In this document: piece by piece, positions 38,918 through 48,206 of the stretch
Position numbering within the stretch: the stretch's first letter is position 1
Layout: every line of letters begins with the position of its first letter
Sequence record: SRR31156797_8921
Direction: 5' to 3' (one strand)
Length of the DNA stretch: 56,949 nucleotides
Program-made: the position numbers and the translations under genes
Notes under the pieces: model-generated
Told to the model about the DNA's origin: nothing
Databases searched by the model: none
Seen by the model: only the letters and a program-made list of their open reading frames with translations

Positions 38918-40078
38918 ATGAATCTTTTTACCATCCCCCTGCGTAATCTGGGGCGCAGGCCCTTGCGCACCATTCTGCTCTGCGCGGTATTCACTGTGGG
39001 AGTTATGTCAGTTGTTTCCATCCAGCTACTCTCCACGGTTGTGGGCAATAGCCTTGAAGAAAAAATGAGTAAATTCGGGGCAAACATCCTGATCACCCCG
39101 AAAACCGAATCACTCTCCGTAAGCTACGGCGGACTGGATCTCGGCAATGTAGCCTATGGTTCCCACGAGTTGCAAGGTACTCCGGTACTCAAAGCTGTAC
39201 ACGGTATTGAGCTGAAGGAAAGACTAAGTGCTGTGGCCCCCAAATTCGCCGCCATTTCAAAAGTTAAAGAACAACAGGTTGCGGTTGTCGGGGTTAGTAT
39301 GGCTGATGAATTGAATATCAAAACCCACTGGTATCCGCTGGGCCGCTTCCCTGAAAATCAGCACGAAATAGTTCTCGGCTTCAACGCCGCCAGTAAACTG
39401 GGCATAAATCCCGGCGACACACTTGATATAGAAGGAAACAAGCTTATTACCTCCGGCATTCTCGACCCCACCGGGACCGAGGACGACAATGTAATATTCA
39501 TGGATATCGACCTGCTGCGCAACAGCGTTGGCAGGCCCGGAGCAGTCCATTTCATTGAGGTTGCCGCCCTTTGTGCCGGATGCCCCATTGATGAAATAGT
39601 ACAACAGATCGTCAAGGCTGTTCCGGGTGCGGAAGTCAAAGCATTGCAGCATGTAGTCAAACAGCGCATGTCCGCCATCGGCTTTGTGAACCAGATGGCC
39701 TGGACCGTGAGCGGAGTCATCCTGCTCACTGCCTGTTTCATGATCGGACTGTCCATATTCTCGGCAGTAAATGAGCGTAAAACCGAAATCGGGCTTATGC
39801 GCTCACTAGGCTTTTCCACCGGATCGGTCTTTTCCATATTCTGCCTTGAAGCATTACTCATGGGCTGCATTTCAGGAATTCTCGGTTATCTGGGCGGTTT
39901 TTTTGCCAGTGGAGAAATTCTTAAGAACCTGAATATGGGCGAAGCTGAGATAGCCTTTGACCCGCTTGCCTTTGGAATCACTTTTATGGCTGTGTCCGGA
40001 CTGGCAGTTCTTTCAGCCACTATCCCGTCACTTCGCGCCACCCGCGTTGATCCATCAAGAACTCTTGTTTCCCTATAA
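38918..40078 (+). CDS. MacB/FtsX-type ABC transporter permease
   Basis: N-terminal RNL.RRP.RT TM, large periplasmic loop, ER..EIGLMRSLG and three C-terminal TMs. Confidence 0.92.
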   Translation: MNLFTIPLRNLGRRPLRTILLCAVFTVGVMSVVSIQLLSTVVGNSLEEKMSKFGANILITPKTESLSVSYGGLDLGNVAYGSHELQGTPVLKAVHGIELKERLSAVAPKFAAISKVKEQQVAVVGVSMADELNIKTHWYPLGRFPENQHEIVLGFNAASKLGINPGDTLDIEGNKLITSGILDPTGTEDDNVIFMDIDLLRNSVGRPGAVHFIEVAALCAGCPIDEIVQQIVKAVPGAEVKALQHVVKQRMSAIGFVNQMAWTVSGVILLTACFMIGLSIFSAVNERKTEIGLMRSLGFSTGSVFSIFCLEALLMGCISGILGYLGGFFASGEILKNLNMGEAEIAFDPLAFGITFMAVSGLAVLSATIPSLRATRVDPSRTLVSL

Positions 40079-40087
40079 GGATTTGCC

Positions 40088-40750
40088 ATGCTTAAAACAG
40101 AATCAATCAGCCATAGCTATGGAGAAGGGTCCGCAGCAGTAACAGTTCTGGACCATGTATCAATCAACATTCCCGACGGTGGATTCACCTCAATTGTTGG
40201 CCGCTCCGGGTCTGGCAAATCAACTTTACTCAGTGTCATCTCGAGTCTGCTAAAACCTGAACAGGGTGAGGTTTATTTCAAAGGTAACGAGATCACAGGC
40301 TTGTCCGGCTCTGAAGTTGACAGACTCAGAAAAGATGAATTCTCCATTATCTTCCAATCCCACCATCTGCTGCCTTACCTGACAGCCCATGAAAACGTAC
40401 TCCTGCCTTTTCTGGATCGTCTAGCCCCGGTCAATAGCGAATTACTGGAACGCGGACACAGCTGCCTTGAACGGGTGGGGCTTGCGGGCAAGGAGAATCG
40501 CCTTCCTGGTCAACTCTCCGGTGGTGAACAGCAGCGGGTTGCCATTGCAAGGGCACTGGTAAAATCACCAGCCATACTCTTTGCAGACGAACCATGCGGT
40601 AGCCTGGACAAAGCAACGGGCAATGAAATCATAGAAATCCTTCAGACCCTCAACCAAGAAGGGCTGACCATAGCCATGGTCACTCATGACCGGGTCCACG
40701 CCAGCATGGCCAAAGATACAATTGCGCTGGAAGACGGCAAAACCATTTAG
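40088..40750 (+). CDS. ABC transporter ATP-binding protein (LolD/MacB-like)
   Basis: GRSGSGKST, LSGGEQQRVAIARAL, FADEP and VTHD motifs. Confidence 0.95.
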   Translation: MLKTESISHSYGEGSAAVTVLDHVSINIPDGGFTSIVGRSGSGKSTLLSVISSLLKPEQGEVYFKGNEITGLSGSEVDRLRKDEFSIIFQSHHLLPYLTAHENVLLPFLDRLAPVNSELLERGHSCLERVGLAGKENRLPGQLSGGEQQRVAIARALVKSPAILFADEPCGSLDKATGNEIIEILQTLNQEGLTIAMVTHDRVHASMAKDTIALEDGKTI

Positions 40751-40788
40751 AAACATTAAGTTTTCTAAGTGCAATTTAACATTATATC

Positions 40789-40824
40789 TGCACAAGATGT
40801 GCACGTATGCGCAGTCCTTTGCAT
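40789..40824. promoter_or_regulatory. TGCA array, candidate bEBP upstream activator site
   Basis: TGCACAAGATGTGCACGTATGCGCAGTCCTTTGCAT, about 70-100 bp upstream of a sigma54 promoter. Confidence 0.6.
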
Positions 40825-40892
40825 CACCATTTCCAGACTAGGTCAGTAGAAAATACACCTTTAATTCAAACAACTTAAACAGTTATCAACTT

Positions 40893-40908
40893 TGGCACAG
40901 GCCGTGCT
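40893..40908 (+). promoter_or_regulatory. Sigma54 -24/-12 promoter
   Basis: TGGCACAGGCCGTGCT (GG-N10-GC). Confidence 0.85.
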
Positions 40909-40958
40909 TTAGAAGAATTACGAGAGAGCAATGATTCATCCAACCCAAGGAGAGAACT

Positions 40959-41444
40959 ATGAAAAAGAAAATCGTAATTCCCGTAGTTGCAATTATGGTC
41001 ATGACCATGGCCGGAACAGCAATGGCCCGTGGTGGATACCACAGAGGCAACCACGACGGATACCATAACGGCCCCCGCCAGATCTTCGAACAACTTACCC
41101 CTGAAAAGCAGCAGGAAGTAAAAGGCATCTTCCAGAAACATCAAGACGAATTCCAGACCATTAAAACCAAGATGTGGGCCAAACGCACCGAGCTAAATGC
41201 CTTGGTCGATTCCGGCAAGGCCGATCAGAAAACCATCAGCAAGCTGGTTAAGGAAATGGTCGATCTGAGAACCAAGGGCTACAATCTCCGCAAGCAGGTC
41301 AATGAAGAAATTGAAACAGCCACAGGAATTGAAATGCCCATGCGTGGATTCGGCGGTGGCCCCGGCTGGCGCGGCTTTGATGGCGACGGTCCACGCAAAG
41401 GAAATAGACAAAACAATAATTACAGAGGGTGCTGGAACTCCTAA
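40959..41444 (+). CDS. ZraP/Spy/CpxP family periplasmic protein, paralogue 1
   Basis: Signal peptide ending AMA; Gly/His-rich N-tail; LTPEKQ motif; ELNAL..ADQKTI..LVKE helices. Confidence 0.85.
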   Translation: MKKKIVIPVVAIMVMTMAGTAMARGGYHRGNHDGYHNGPRQIFEQLTPEKQQEVKGIFQKHQDEFQTIKTKMWAKRTELNALVDSGKADQKTISKLVKEMVDLRTKGYNLRKQVNEEIETATGIEMPMRGFGGGPGWRGFDGDGPRKGNRQNNNYRGCWNS

Positions 41445-41509
41445 GCTAGATTAATAATCCCAAGAATCCCCTGCACATAGATAGAACACTCCACTCATCC
41501 CCCCTGTAT

Positions 41510-41541
41510 AAAAGAGGCCCCCTCCCCGGGCCTCTTTTTTT
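41510..41541 (+). terminator. Intrinsic terminator
   Basis: AAAAGAGGCCC-cctcccc-GGGCCTCTTTTTTT. Confidence 0.88.
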
Positions 41542-41608
41542 ATTTCCTTGGAACAGCATAATAATTTTCGCATCTTACATCCGGCATTCTCCGGCCCCAC
41601 TTTTGGTT

Positions 41609-41659
41609 TGCAGATGAGCATGCACTTCTTGTGCAGCAAATTGCACATCCTATTTGCAC
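41609..41659. promoter_or_regulatory. TGCA array, candidate bEBP upstream activator site
   Basis: TGCA at 41609, 41621, 41632, 41642 and 41655, upstream of a sigma54 promoter. Confidence 0.6.
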
Positions 41660-41722
41660 TTACACATCAACAGCCCTTTGCACAACACGCATAACTATCT
41701 AATTTAAAACAACTTCTAGCTT

Positions 41723-41738
41723 TGGCACAGCACATGCT
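41723..41738 (+). promoter_or_regulatory. Sigma54 -24/-12 promoter
   Basis: TGGCACAGCACATGCT (GG-N10-GC), preceded by an AT-rich IHF-like tract. Confidence 0.85.
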
Positions 41739-41787
41739 TTATGAGAAATTGAGAGGGCAACAACTTTTAACCGCATCAGGAGATCAT

Positions 41788-42255
41788 ATGAAAAGAAAAA
41801 CTCTGATTCCGTTGATCGTCGTGCTGGTTCTGGCAGTAGCATCTGTCGCCATGGCACGAAACGGTTACCGGAGTGCCGGTTACCACAACGGTAATTGGGC
41901 AGCATATGAGCAGCTGACACCTGAAAAACAAAAACAGGTGCAGGACATCATCAAAAAATATGAATCCACATTTCAGAACCTGAAAAGCCAACAATGGGCA
42001 AAACACACCGAACTTAAAGCTTTGGTGGATTCAGGCAAAGCTGACAAAGAGACCATCCATGCTCTGGTAAAAGAACTTTCCGACGTACGTGACAAGCTAT
42101 ACGCCGAGCACAAGAAAATGGCAGATGAAATAGAAAACGAAACCGGCCTGACCTTCCCGCCCATGGGGCAGGGATACGGTAAGGGCGGCAGAGGCTGCGG
42201 AAACTATCAGCAGGGCAACTGCCCCGCTGGAGGCTGCCCGGGCCAAGGTTCCTAA
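41788..42255 (+). CDS. ZraP/Spy/CpxP family periplasmic protein, paralogue 2
   Basis: AGGAGA SD before ATG41788; signal peptide; EQLTPEKQ and ALVDSGKAD shared with paralogue 1; Gly/Cys-rich C-tail. Confidence 0.85.
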   Translation: MKRKTLIPLIVVLVLAVASVAMARNGYRSAGYHNGNWAAYEQLTPEKQKQVQDIIKKYESTFQNLKSQQWAKHTELKALVDSGKADKETIHALVKELSDVRDKLYAEHKKMADEIENETGLTFPPMGQGYGKGGRGCGNYQQGNCPAGGCPGQGS

Positions 42256-42302
42256 AACCCTTTAAATAACGTTCATCTACACTTAATTACAGGAAAACGG
42301 GT

Positions 42303-42334
42303 AAAAAGGAGGACTATACGGTCCTCCTTTTTTT
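42303..42334 (+). terminator. Intrinsic terminator
   Basis: AAAAAGGAGGAC-tatacg-GTCCTCCTTTTTTT. Confidence 0.88.
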
Positions 42335-42402
42335 ATTAAATTAACTTCCATATTCAGGACTGTTTAAGCTATTAATATCAGTGCAAATTAAAGGAGATTT
42401 AT

Positions 42403-43248
42403 ATGTTCAGAAAAATAACTTCCCTGACCAGTTTCTTTTCTTTTATCGTTCTGATCATTACCAGCGTTGTCCTGTACATTGTCCCGCAGGGCCGGGTGGC
42501 CTATTGGGCAGACTGGACCATGTTCGGCCTGGGCAAAGAACAATGGGGCGACATCCACATCTGCACGGGAGTACTTTTTCTCGTCGTATCCGCCCTGCAC
42601 ATCTGGCTGAACTGGAAACCCATTCTTGCCTACTTGAAAAAAAAAGCGGGGGAATCCAATTTCACTTCACCAGCTTTCTTCATCAGCCTGAGCCTCACAC
42701 TTTTCGTAGCCTTCGGCACCTTGGCAGGGCTGCCGCCCATGGAACAGGTTCTGAAATTCAGCCAAGACTTTAAGGCCATGGGCGAAGCCAAGTACGGAAT
42801 TCCTCCATACGGACATGCCGAGCTCAGCCCGCTGGAGCTATTTTGCAAACGCATGGGCCTAGATTTGGATAACGCTGTCGCTTCCATAAAAAAAGCAGGA
42901 ATTGAACTCAATTCCACCAAGGACTCTATCAAATCCATTGCCAATAAAGCAGGACTGACTCCCAAGGAGTTGCATGAAATAATCCTTGAAGATCAACCAC
43001 AGCAAAGGACATCTCTACAAACGGAAAAAGGGGAATCAAAACAACTCAACCATCCCGGTTCCGGCACAGGAATCGGCCGCATGTCCCTTGAAGAATACTG
43101 CGCCAAGTTTAATCTGGACTTGAACACGGCTCTAAGTCTCTTACGCGAAAAAGGGGCGGTTGTTGACAAAAGCACCCCCATCCGGGAAATTGCAGGTGCA
43201 CTCGGCCTTGACTCCCCGCGTGCAATAAGCACCCTGCTCAATCCGTAA
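42403..43248 (+). CDS. DUF4405 domain membrane protein (putative cytochrome b-like) with duplicated C-terminal helical domain
   Basis: TM helices with W.DIH and LHIWLNW; P.PPYGHAEL; two similar L...C....LD....L...G modules. Confidence 0.75.
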   Translation: MFRKITSLTSFFSFIVLIITSVVLYIVPQGRVAYWADWTMFGLGKEQWGDIHICTGVLFLVVSALHIWLNWKPILAYLKKKAGESNFTSPAFFISLSLTLFVAFGTLAGLPPMEQVLKFSQDFKAMGEAKYGIPPYGHAELSPLELFCKRMGLDLDNAVASIKKAGIELNSTKDSIKSIANKAGLTPKELHEIILEDQPQQRTSLQTEKGESKQLNHPGSGTGIGRMSLEEYCAKFNLDLNTALSLLREKGAVVDKSTPIREIAGALGLDSPRAISTLLNP

Positions 43249-43263
43249 ACAAAACCGGACTCA

Positions 43264-44997
43264 ATGGAATTAAGCTCACAAAAATCACATAAGCTGCCTC
43301 TTGCTCTGGCTCTTCTGGCCCTGATCCTGCTTGGAGCCGGAAGTTTGTACCTCACATGGCACAACCTACGCCAGATGCACCAGACCGTATTTGAACACAT
43401 GCTGCTTTCCGCCCGCTCAATTGCCCGTGGCCTGGATATCCAGCTGGTAGAAGGGGCCCGGCGCATGCGCTCTCCAGGCAGGCATAACAGACGCATGCCT
43501 CAGGAACTGATCCCGGATGCGCGGGAGTTATTCAAAGAAATGGTTGCCGAGGGCGACCTGCTCTACATTGCGCTCTACGGACCGGACCGCAAACCGCTGC
43601 TGGTGGTGGAGCAGGACAAAGACAGCTCCACGGTTTATGCTCCGCCTTCAGGCCTGTTCAATATGATCACAAAAATGCGGGAATCCAGCACTCCGGTGAT
43701 GATCAAAGGGAAAGCCGCACTGCTCTACGGAACTGTGGGCCAGCCAATTTTACAACGTCTATACGGCCACAAAAGACGAGGATTCATGCCTCCGCAAGAT
43801 AAGGAGACTTATCTGCTGCTGGGCTTAAGCGCTGAAAAGCACCTGCGCCAATTCAACCAATATCGCCGGGCCGCTCTGCTGCAGACCGGATATATATTTC
43901 TGGCCGGACTGGTGCTCTGGCTACTGGCTGTGGCCTATTTCCAGCGCCGCGAACAAGGTAAAAAGCTGACCCGCATGGAGCGGTTTCAGGCCAACCTGCT
44001 GGACAACATGCCTGACGGACTGCTGACTCTTTCCCCGCAGGGAGGCATCCTTGCGGCCAACGGTTCTGCGCATAAACTGCTGCAAAGCCAGCAGGGTGAA
44101 GTACTGGTCGGCAAGAACTGGAATGATTTTACTTACGAGTCCCTGCAGGATTTCAGACGTGATAACGTAGTCTGGGAACATGTCCGGTTGGGCGGCAAAA
44201 ACCTTGAACTTATTTTCTTTCCCTACTTTGAAAGCCGGAAAGAAGAACGGACCATGATCATCATCCGGGACCGCACCGATATTGCCGGACTGGAAGAAGA
44301 TCTTTACGAAGCACGCAGACTGGCTTCCATTGGTTCACTTGCAGCCGGAGTAGCCCACGAAATCCGCAACCCCTTGAGTTCCTTACGCGGGTTCGCTCAG
44401 CTCTTTGCCGATAAATTCAAAGATGAGCAGCCCTACGGAACATACGCCACGACCATGCTCACCGAGGCAGACCGTTTGAACAGGGTTGTAACCGATCTGC
44501 TCTACCTCTCCAAACCCCATGAGCTGAATCCGGAAAATATAGACCTACACGAAATCTGCAATTCCATGCAGACACTTTTGGGCTTTGATCTTGAACACAA
44601 AGGGACCCGGTTACAGACCGAACTGAACGTCGAACAAGTTTATGCCGACCCGGACGGAATCAAACAGGTATTGCTGAACCTGCTGGTCAACAGCCTTGAC
44701 GCAGTACCCGATACAGACGGGAAAATATCAATAATTGCTGAAGGAACTGAACACGGAGTCTGGATCAGCGTCTGCGATAACGGCCCGGGGATGCCCGAAG
44801 ATATCCGCAAACACGCCCTTGAACCATTTTTTACCGACAAGCCCAAAGGAACAGGTTTAGGGCTTGCCATAGTCAATACAATCATGCGCGGCCATAACGG
44901 CAGGGTTACCATTTCCGCACCGGATATGCCCGGCCCTCTGGACGGGACCTGCGTAATGCTCTTCTTCCCAGCACCGCGTGCTGAAGGATCAGAATAA
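43264..44997 (+). CDS. Sensor histidine kinase (ZraS/HydH-like; periplasmic sensor, PAS)
   Basis: Two TMs; PAS (NMPDG); H-box [13 protein letters not shown]1 and G2 boxes (DNGPG, KGTGLGL). Confidence 0.93.
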   Translation: MELSSQKSHKLPLALALLALILLGAGSLYLTWHNLRQMHQTVFEHMLLSARSIARGLDIQLVEGARRMRSPGRHNRRMPQELIPDARELFKEMVAEGDLLYIALYGPDRKPLLVVEQDKDSSTVYAPPSGLFNMITKMRESSTPVMIKGKAALLYGTVGQPILQRLYGHKRRGFMPPQDKETYLLLGLSAEKHLRQFNQYRRAALLQTGYIFLAGLVLWLLAVAYFQRREQGKKLTRMERFQANLLDNMPDGLLTLSPQGGILAANGSAHKLLQSQQGEVLVGKNWNDFTYESLQDFRRDNVVWEHVRLGGKNLELIFFPYFESRKEERTMIIIRDRTDIAGLEEDLYEARRLASIGSLAAGVAHEIRNPLSSLRGFAQLFADKFKDEQPYGTYATTMLTEADRLNRVVTDLLYLSKPHELNPENIDLHEICNSMQTLLGFDLEHKGTRLQTELNVEQVYADPDGIKQVLLNLLVNSLDAVPDTDGKISIIAEGTEHGVWISVCDNGPGMPEDIRKHALEPFFTDKPKGTGLGLAIVNTIMRGHNGRVTISAPDMPGPLDGTCVMLFFPAPRAEGSE

Positions 44998-46406
44998 TGG
45001 ATGTTACAGAAAAAAACGTACTCATAGTTGACGACGAACCGTCACTGCGCATGCTCATCCGTGCTGTGCTGGAAAGTGACGGCTGGAATGTACATGAGGC
45101 CCAATCCGGCGAACAGGCCCTTGAAATGCTCCCCGGCCTGACATTGAATGCGGCCCTGATCGATATGAGAATGGAAGGCATGGACGGCATGACACTGCTG
45201 GGTGAATTAAACAGCATCATGCCCGGACTTCCGGTGATCATGCTTACCGCATACGGAAACGTAAACTCCGCAGTCGTAGCCATGAAACACGGAGCCTTCG
45301 ATTATCTGACCAAACCTGCGGACAACGAAGAACTTAAGGCGGTCATGTCCAAGGCTCTTGATTACTCCCGGTTGGTGGATGAAAATGAAAAGCTCAAATC
45401 AGCTGCCGGGGCCACCGAACAGATGATCGGCAATTCACAATCCATGCTCCATGTAAAAGACCTCATTGAGCAAGCCGGACCTTCAGAAGCCACCATCCTC
45501 GTGCTGGGGGAATCCGGTACAGGTAAGGAACTGGTTGCAGAAGGATTGCACCGGGCCAGCCTGCGAGCAGACAAGCCGCTGGTCAAGGTCAACTGTGCGG
45601 CCCTTCCGGCGGACCTGCTGGAGAGTGAACTTTTCGGCTACATGAAAGGAGCTTTTACCGGGGCCAATGCCAACAAGCCCGGACGATTTCAGCTCGCTTC
45701 CGGTGGAACCCTGTTCCTTGATGAGATCGGGGAAATGGACCCGGTGCTGCAAGCTAAAATTCTGCGAGCTTTGCAGGAAAAGGTAGTTGAACCGCTGGGC
45801 AGTGTTTCCCCGGTGGAAACAGACGTACGTATCATTGCCGCCACCAACCGCGACCTGAAAAAGGAAGTTGAAAAAGGGAATTTCCGTGAAGACCTTTACT
45901 ACCGCTTAAGCGTCCTTGAAATCCGCATCCCCCCGCTTCGAGAGCGTGTGGGCGACCTACCTGCACTGGTGGCCTATCTGCTGGAAAAACTGGGCCGCAA
46001 GAACAACAAAAAAGTACGCTCGGTCAGCCCGTCATTTCTGGATGTGCTCAGCCGCTATAACTGGCCCGGTAATGTCCGTGAACTCGAAAATGTACTGGAG
46101 CGGGCCATCATCTTAAGCCGCAGTGAAGTACTTGGCCCCGAACTGCTGCCGCCGCAAGTGGTGAATCAAACGGCCAGACAGGTGACACCTGAACCGGCTA
46201 CACCATCGCAAGCTCCTCAACAAACGCAGCAACCTGATCCTATCCCGGCAAGCGGCACCCCCACCCTTGATGATGCGGAACGCCAAGCCCTGATTGCGGC
46301 CCTTGAAGCCAACCAGCACCACCGAGAAAGGACAGCTGAAGCTCTCGGAATCAGCCGCAGGACGCTACAATACAAACTGAAAAAATACGGTCTGACCCGC
46401 AGATAA
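44997..46406 (+). CDS. Sigma54-dependent response regulator (ZraR/NtrC family)
   Basis: Receiver domain; [20 protein letters not shown] and [10 protein letters not shown] motifs; Fis-type HTH. Confidence 0.96.
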   Translation: MDVTEKNVLIVDDEPSLRMLIRAVLESDGWNVHEAQSGEQALEMLPGLTLNAALIDMRMEGMDGMTLLGELNSIMPGLPVIMLTAYGNVNSAVVAMKHGAFDYLTKPADNEELKAVMSKALDYSRLVDENEKLKSAAGATEQMIGNSQSMLHVKDLIEQAGPSEATILVLGESGTGKELVAEGLHRASLRADKPLVKVNCAALPADLLESELFGYMKGAFTGANANKPGRFQLASGGTLFLDEIGEMDPVLQAKILRALQEKVVEPLGSVSPVETDVRIIAATNRDLKKEVEKGNFREDLYYRLSVLEIRIPPLRERVGDLPALVAYLLEKLGRKNNKKVRSVSPSFLDVLSRYNWPGNVRELENVLERAIILSRSEVLGPELLPPQVVNQTARQVTPEPATPSQAPQQTQQPDPIPASGTPTLDDAERQALIAALEANQHHRERTAEALGISRRTLQYKLKKYGLTRR

Positions 46407-46422
46407 TAAACAAGACATACGA

Positions 46423-46466
46423 TTATAAAAAAGCCCGGAAACATATATTTCCGGGCTTTTTTATAA
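46423..46466. terminator. Bidirectional intrinsic terminator
   Basis: TTATAAAAAAGCCCGGAAA-catata-TTTCCGGGCTTTTTTATAA, a perfect 19-bp inverted repeat. Confidence 0.9.
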
Positions 46467-46600
46467 ATTATAGCAATTAGCCATGATTATGCCCATTCTC
46501 ACGCTTTTAGCTCCGGCAATATATTCTTAACTCAGCCCAACTTACTTTCATTGCTGAATGAGCCTAATAACCATACCTTTCAGCAAAAAATCAATCTTAT

Positions 46601-46629
46601 TTGACACAGGCGTATATTTTATCTACTCT
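46601..46629 (+). promoter_or_regulatory. Sigma70 promoter candidate for the betaine transporter
   Basis: TTGACA-17 bp-TACTCT. Confidence 0.6.
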
Positions 46630-47014
46630 TATAATTCGAGTTTCATAATTTTTGAACTCGAATCAAAGACGGCTCACCCTATTTTAACGCAGCCGTAACA
46701 TTCGGCAGAAGTGAGTTTTTACTTCACCCAAAAGCGGCTTATACAAACTGCACTTTACCAAAGTAAAAACCATACTTTCCAAAAACAACATCAAACACAA
46801 CTACAACACACGCATACTGCATAGAAAAATGCATCTCAAAAAACATTACTACATAGAAACGACCGGCAAACCCGTTCAGGAAATCAACCCAAATTCCGCC
46901 CCGGAAAAAATCCCTCTCCTCTCTTCGTCTCTCACCAGCCCAGCTTCCAATTAGTTTTTTACTGCCCTCTATTGGTTTGGAGAGCAGTGTTTAGTTTTAC
47001 TTAACGGAGAAGAC

Positions 47015-48205
47015 ATGGAAAAAATCAGAGTCGAAAATCTCTATAAAATCTTTGGCAACACCCCTAAGAAAATCATCCCTATGCTTGAACAGGGCGCCAC
47101 CAAAGATGAAATTATGGAAAAGACAAAACACGGTGTAGGCGTCAACAACGCCTCATTCGGTGTTGAAGAAGGTGAGATCGTTGTGGTCATGGGCCTTTCC
47201 GGAAGCGGAAAGTCCACCCTTGTCCGCTGCATCAACAGGCTAATTGATCCAACCGGCGGAAGAATCTTCATTGACGGGGAAGACATCACCACCCTGAGCA
47301 AGAATAAACTGCGCAAAGTGCGCTTGGAAAAATTGGGTATGGTTTTCCAGAATTTCGCCCTTTTCCCACACCGCACTGTCCTGAAAAACACCGAATACGG
47401 ACTGGAAATAGCAGATACCGACCCTGAAACACGCAGGCAAAAGGCCATGGAAGCCCTTGAGCTGGTGGGACTCAGCGGCTGGGAAGAATCTTATCCCGAC
47501 CAACTTTCCGGCGGTATGCGCCAGAGAGTCGGACTGGCCCGCGCTCTGGCCCTCGACCCGGACATCCTGCTCATGGATGAGGCTTTCAGTGCTCTTGATC
47601 CACTCATCCGCCGCGACATGCAGGACGAACTCATCAATCTGCAGGAACGCATGCACAAAACCATCGTCTTCATCAGTCATGACCTTGACGAAGCTCTCAA
47701 GCTCGGCGACCGCATTGTGCTCATGAAAGACGGTGAAATTGTTCAGGTCGGCACACCCGAGGAAATCCTCACCGAACCTGCCACAGAGTACGTACGACGC
47801 TTTGTAGAGGACGTTGATATAACCAAAGTCCTTACCGCCGAATCAGTCATGAAAAAGATTGATGCCGTCGCTTATCTAAAAACCGACGGACCAAGAGCCT
47901 CACTGCGCAAAATGCGCAAAAACAATATCTCCAACCTCTTTGTTCTTGATGAGAAGCACAAACTGATCGGCATGCTCAATGCCGCAGACTGCGCCAAACA
48001 GGTAGAAAAAGGCGGCAAGGACATCAGGACCATCATGCACACTGACCTGCAGGCAGTTGATCTGGACTGCCCGGCTCAGGAATTGTTCAATATCATGCAG
48101 GACAGGACGCTCCCACTACCGGTCATCAATTCAGAAAACAAACTGAAAGGGGTTATCGTCCGTGGAACTCTTATCGGTGCCCTTGCTGAAAGAGGAGGCA
48201 ATTAG
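47015..48205 (+). CDS. proV: Glycine betaine/proline ABC transporter ATP-binding protein (ProV/OpuAA) with CBS domains
   Basis: MGLSGSGKST, LSGGMRQRVGLARAL and MDEAFSALDPLIR motifs; C-terminal CBS pair. Confidence 0.93.
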   Translation: MEKIRVENLYKIFGNTPKKIIPMLEQGATKDEIMEKTKHGVGVNNASFGVEEGEIVVVMGLSGSGKSTLVRCINRLIDPTGGRIFIDGEDITTLSKNKLRKVRLEKLGMVFQNFALFPHRTVLKNTEYGLEIADTDPETRRQKAMEALELVGLSGWEESYPDQLSGGMRQRVGLARALALDPDILLMDEAFSALDPLIRRDMQDELINLQERMHKTIVFISHDLDEALKLGDRIVLMKDGEIVQVGTPEEILTEPATEYVRRFVEDVDITKVLTAESVMKKIDAVAYLKTDGPRASLRKMRKNNISNLFVLDEKHKLIGMLNAADCAKQVEKGGKDIRTIMHTDLQAVDLDCPAQELFNIMQDRTLPLPVINSENKLKGVIVRGTLIGALAERGGN

Positions 48206-48206
48206 A

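Noticed and set aside
46553-46565. GCTGAAT as the start of a c-di-AMP (ydaO) riboswitch
   Set aside because: Lies upstream of the predicted promoter, and the other conserved ydaO blocks are absent.
46856-46900. GGCAAACCC..GAAA resembling a c-di-GMP-I riboswitch
   Set aside because: Lacks the following GACGCAAA element and a P3 stem.
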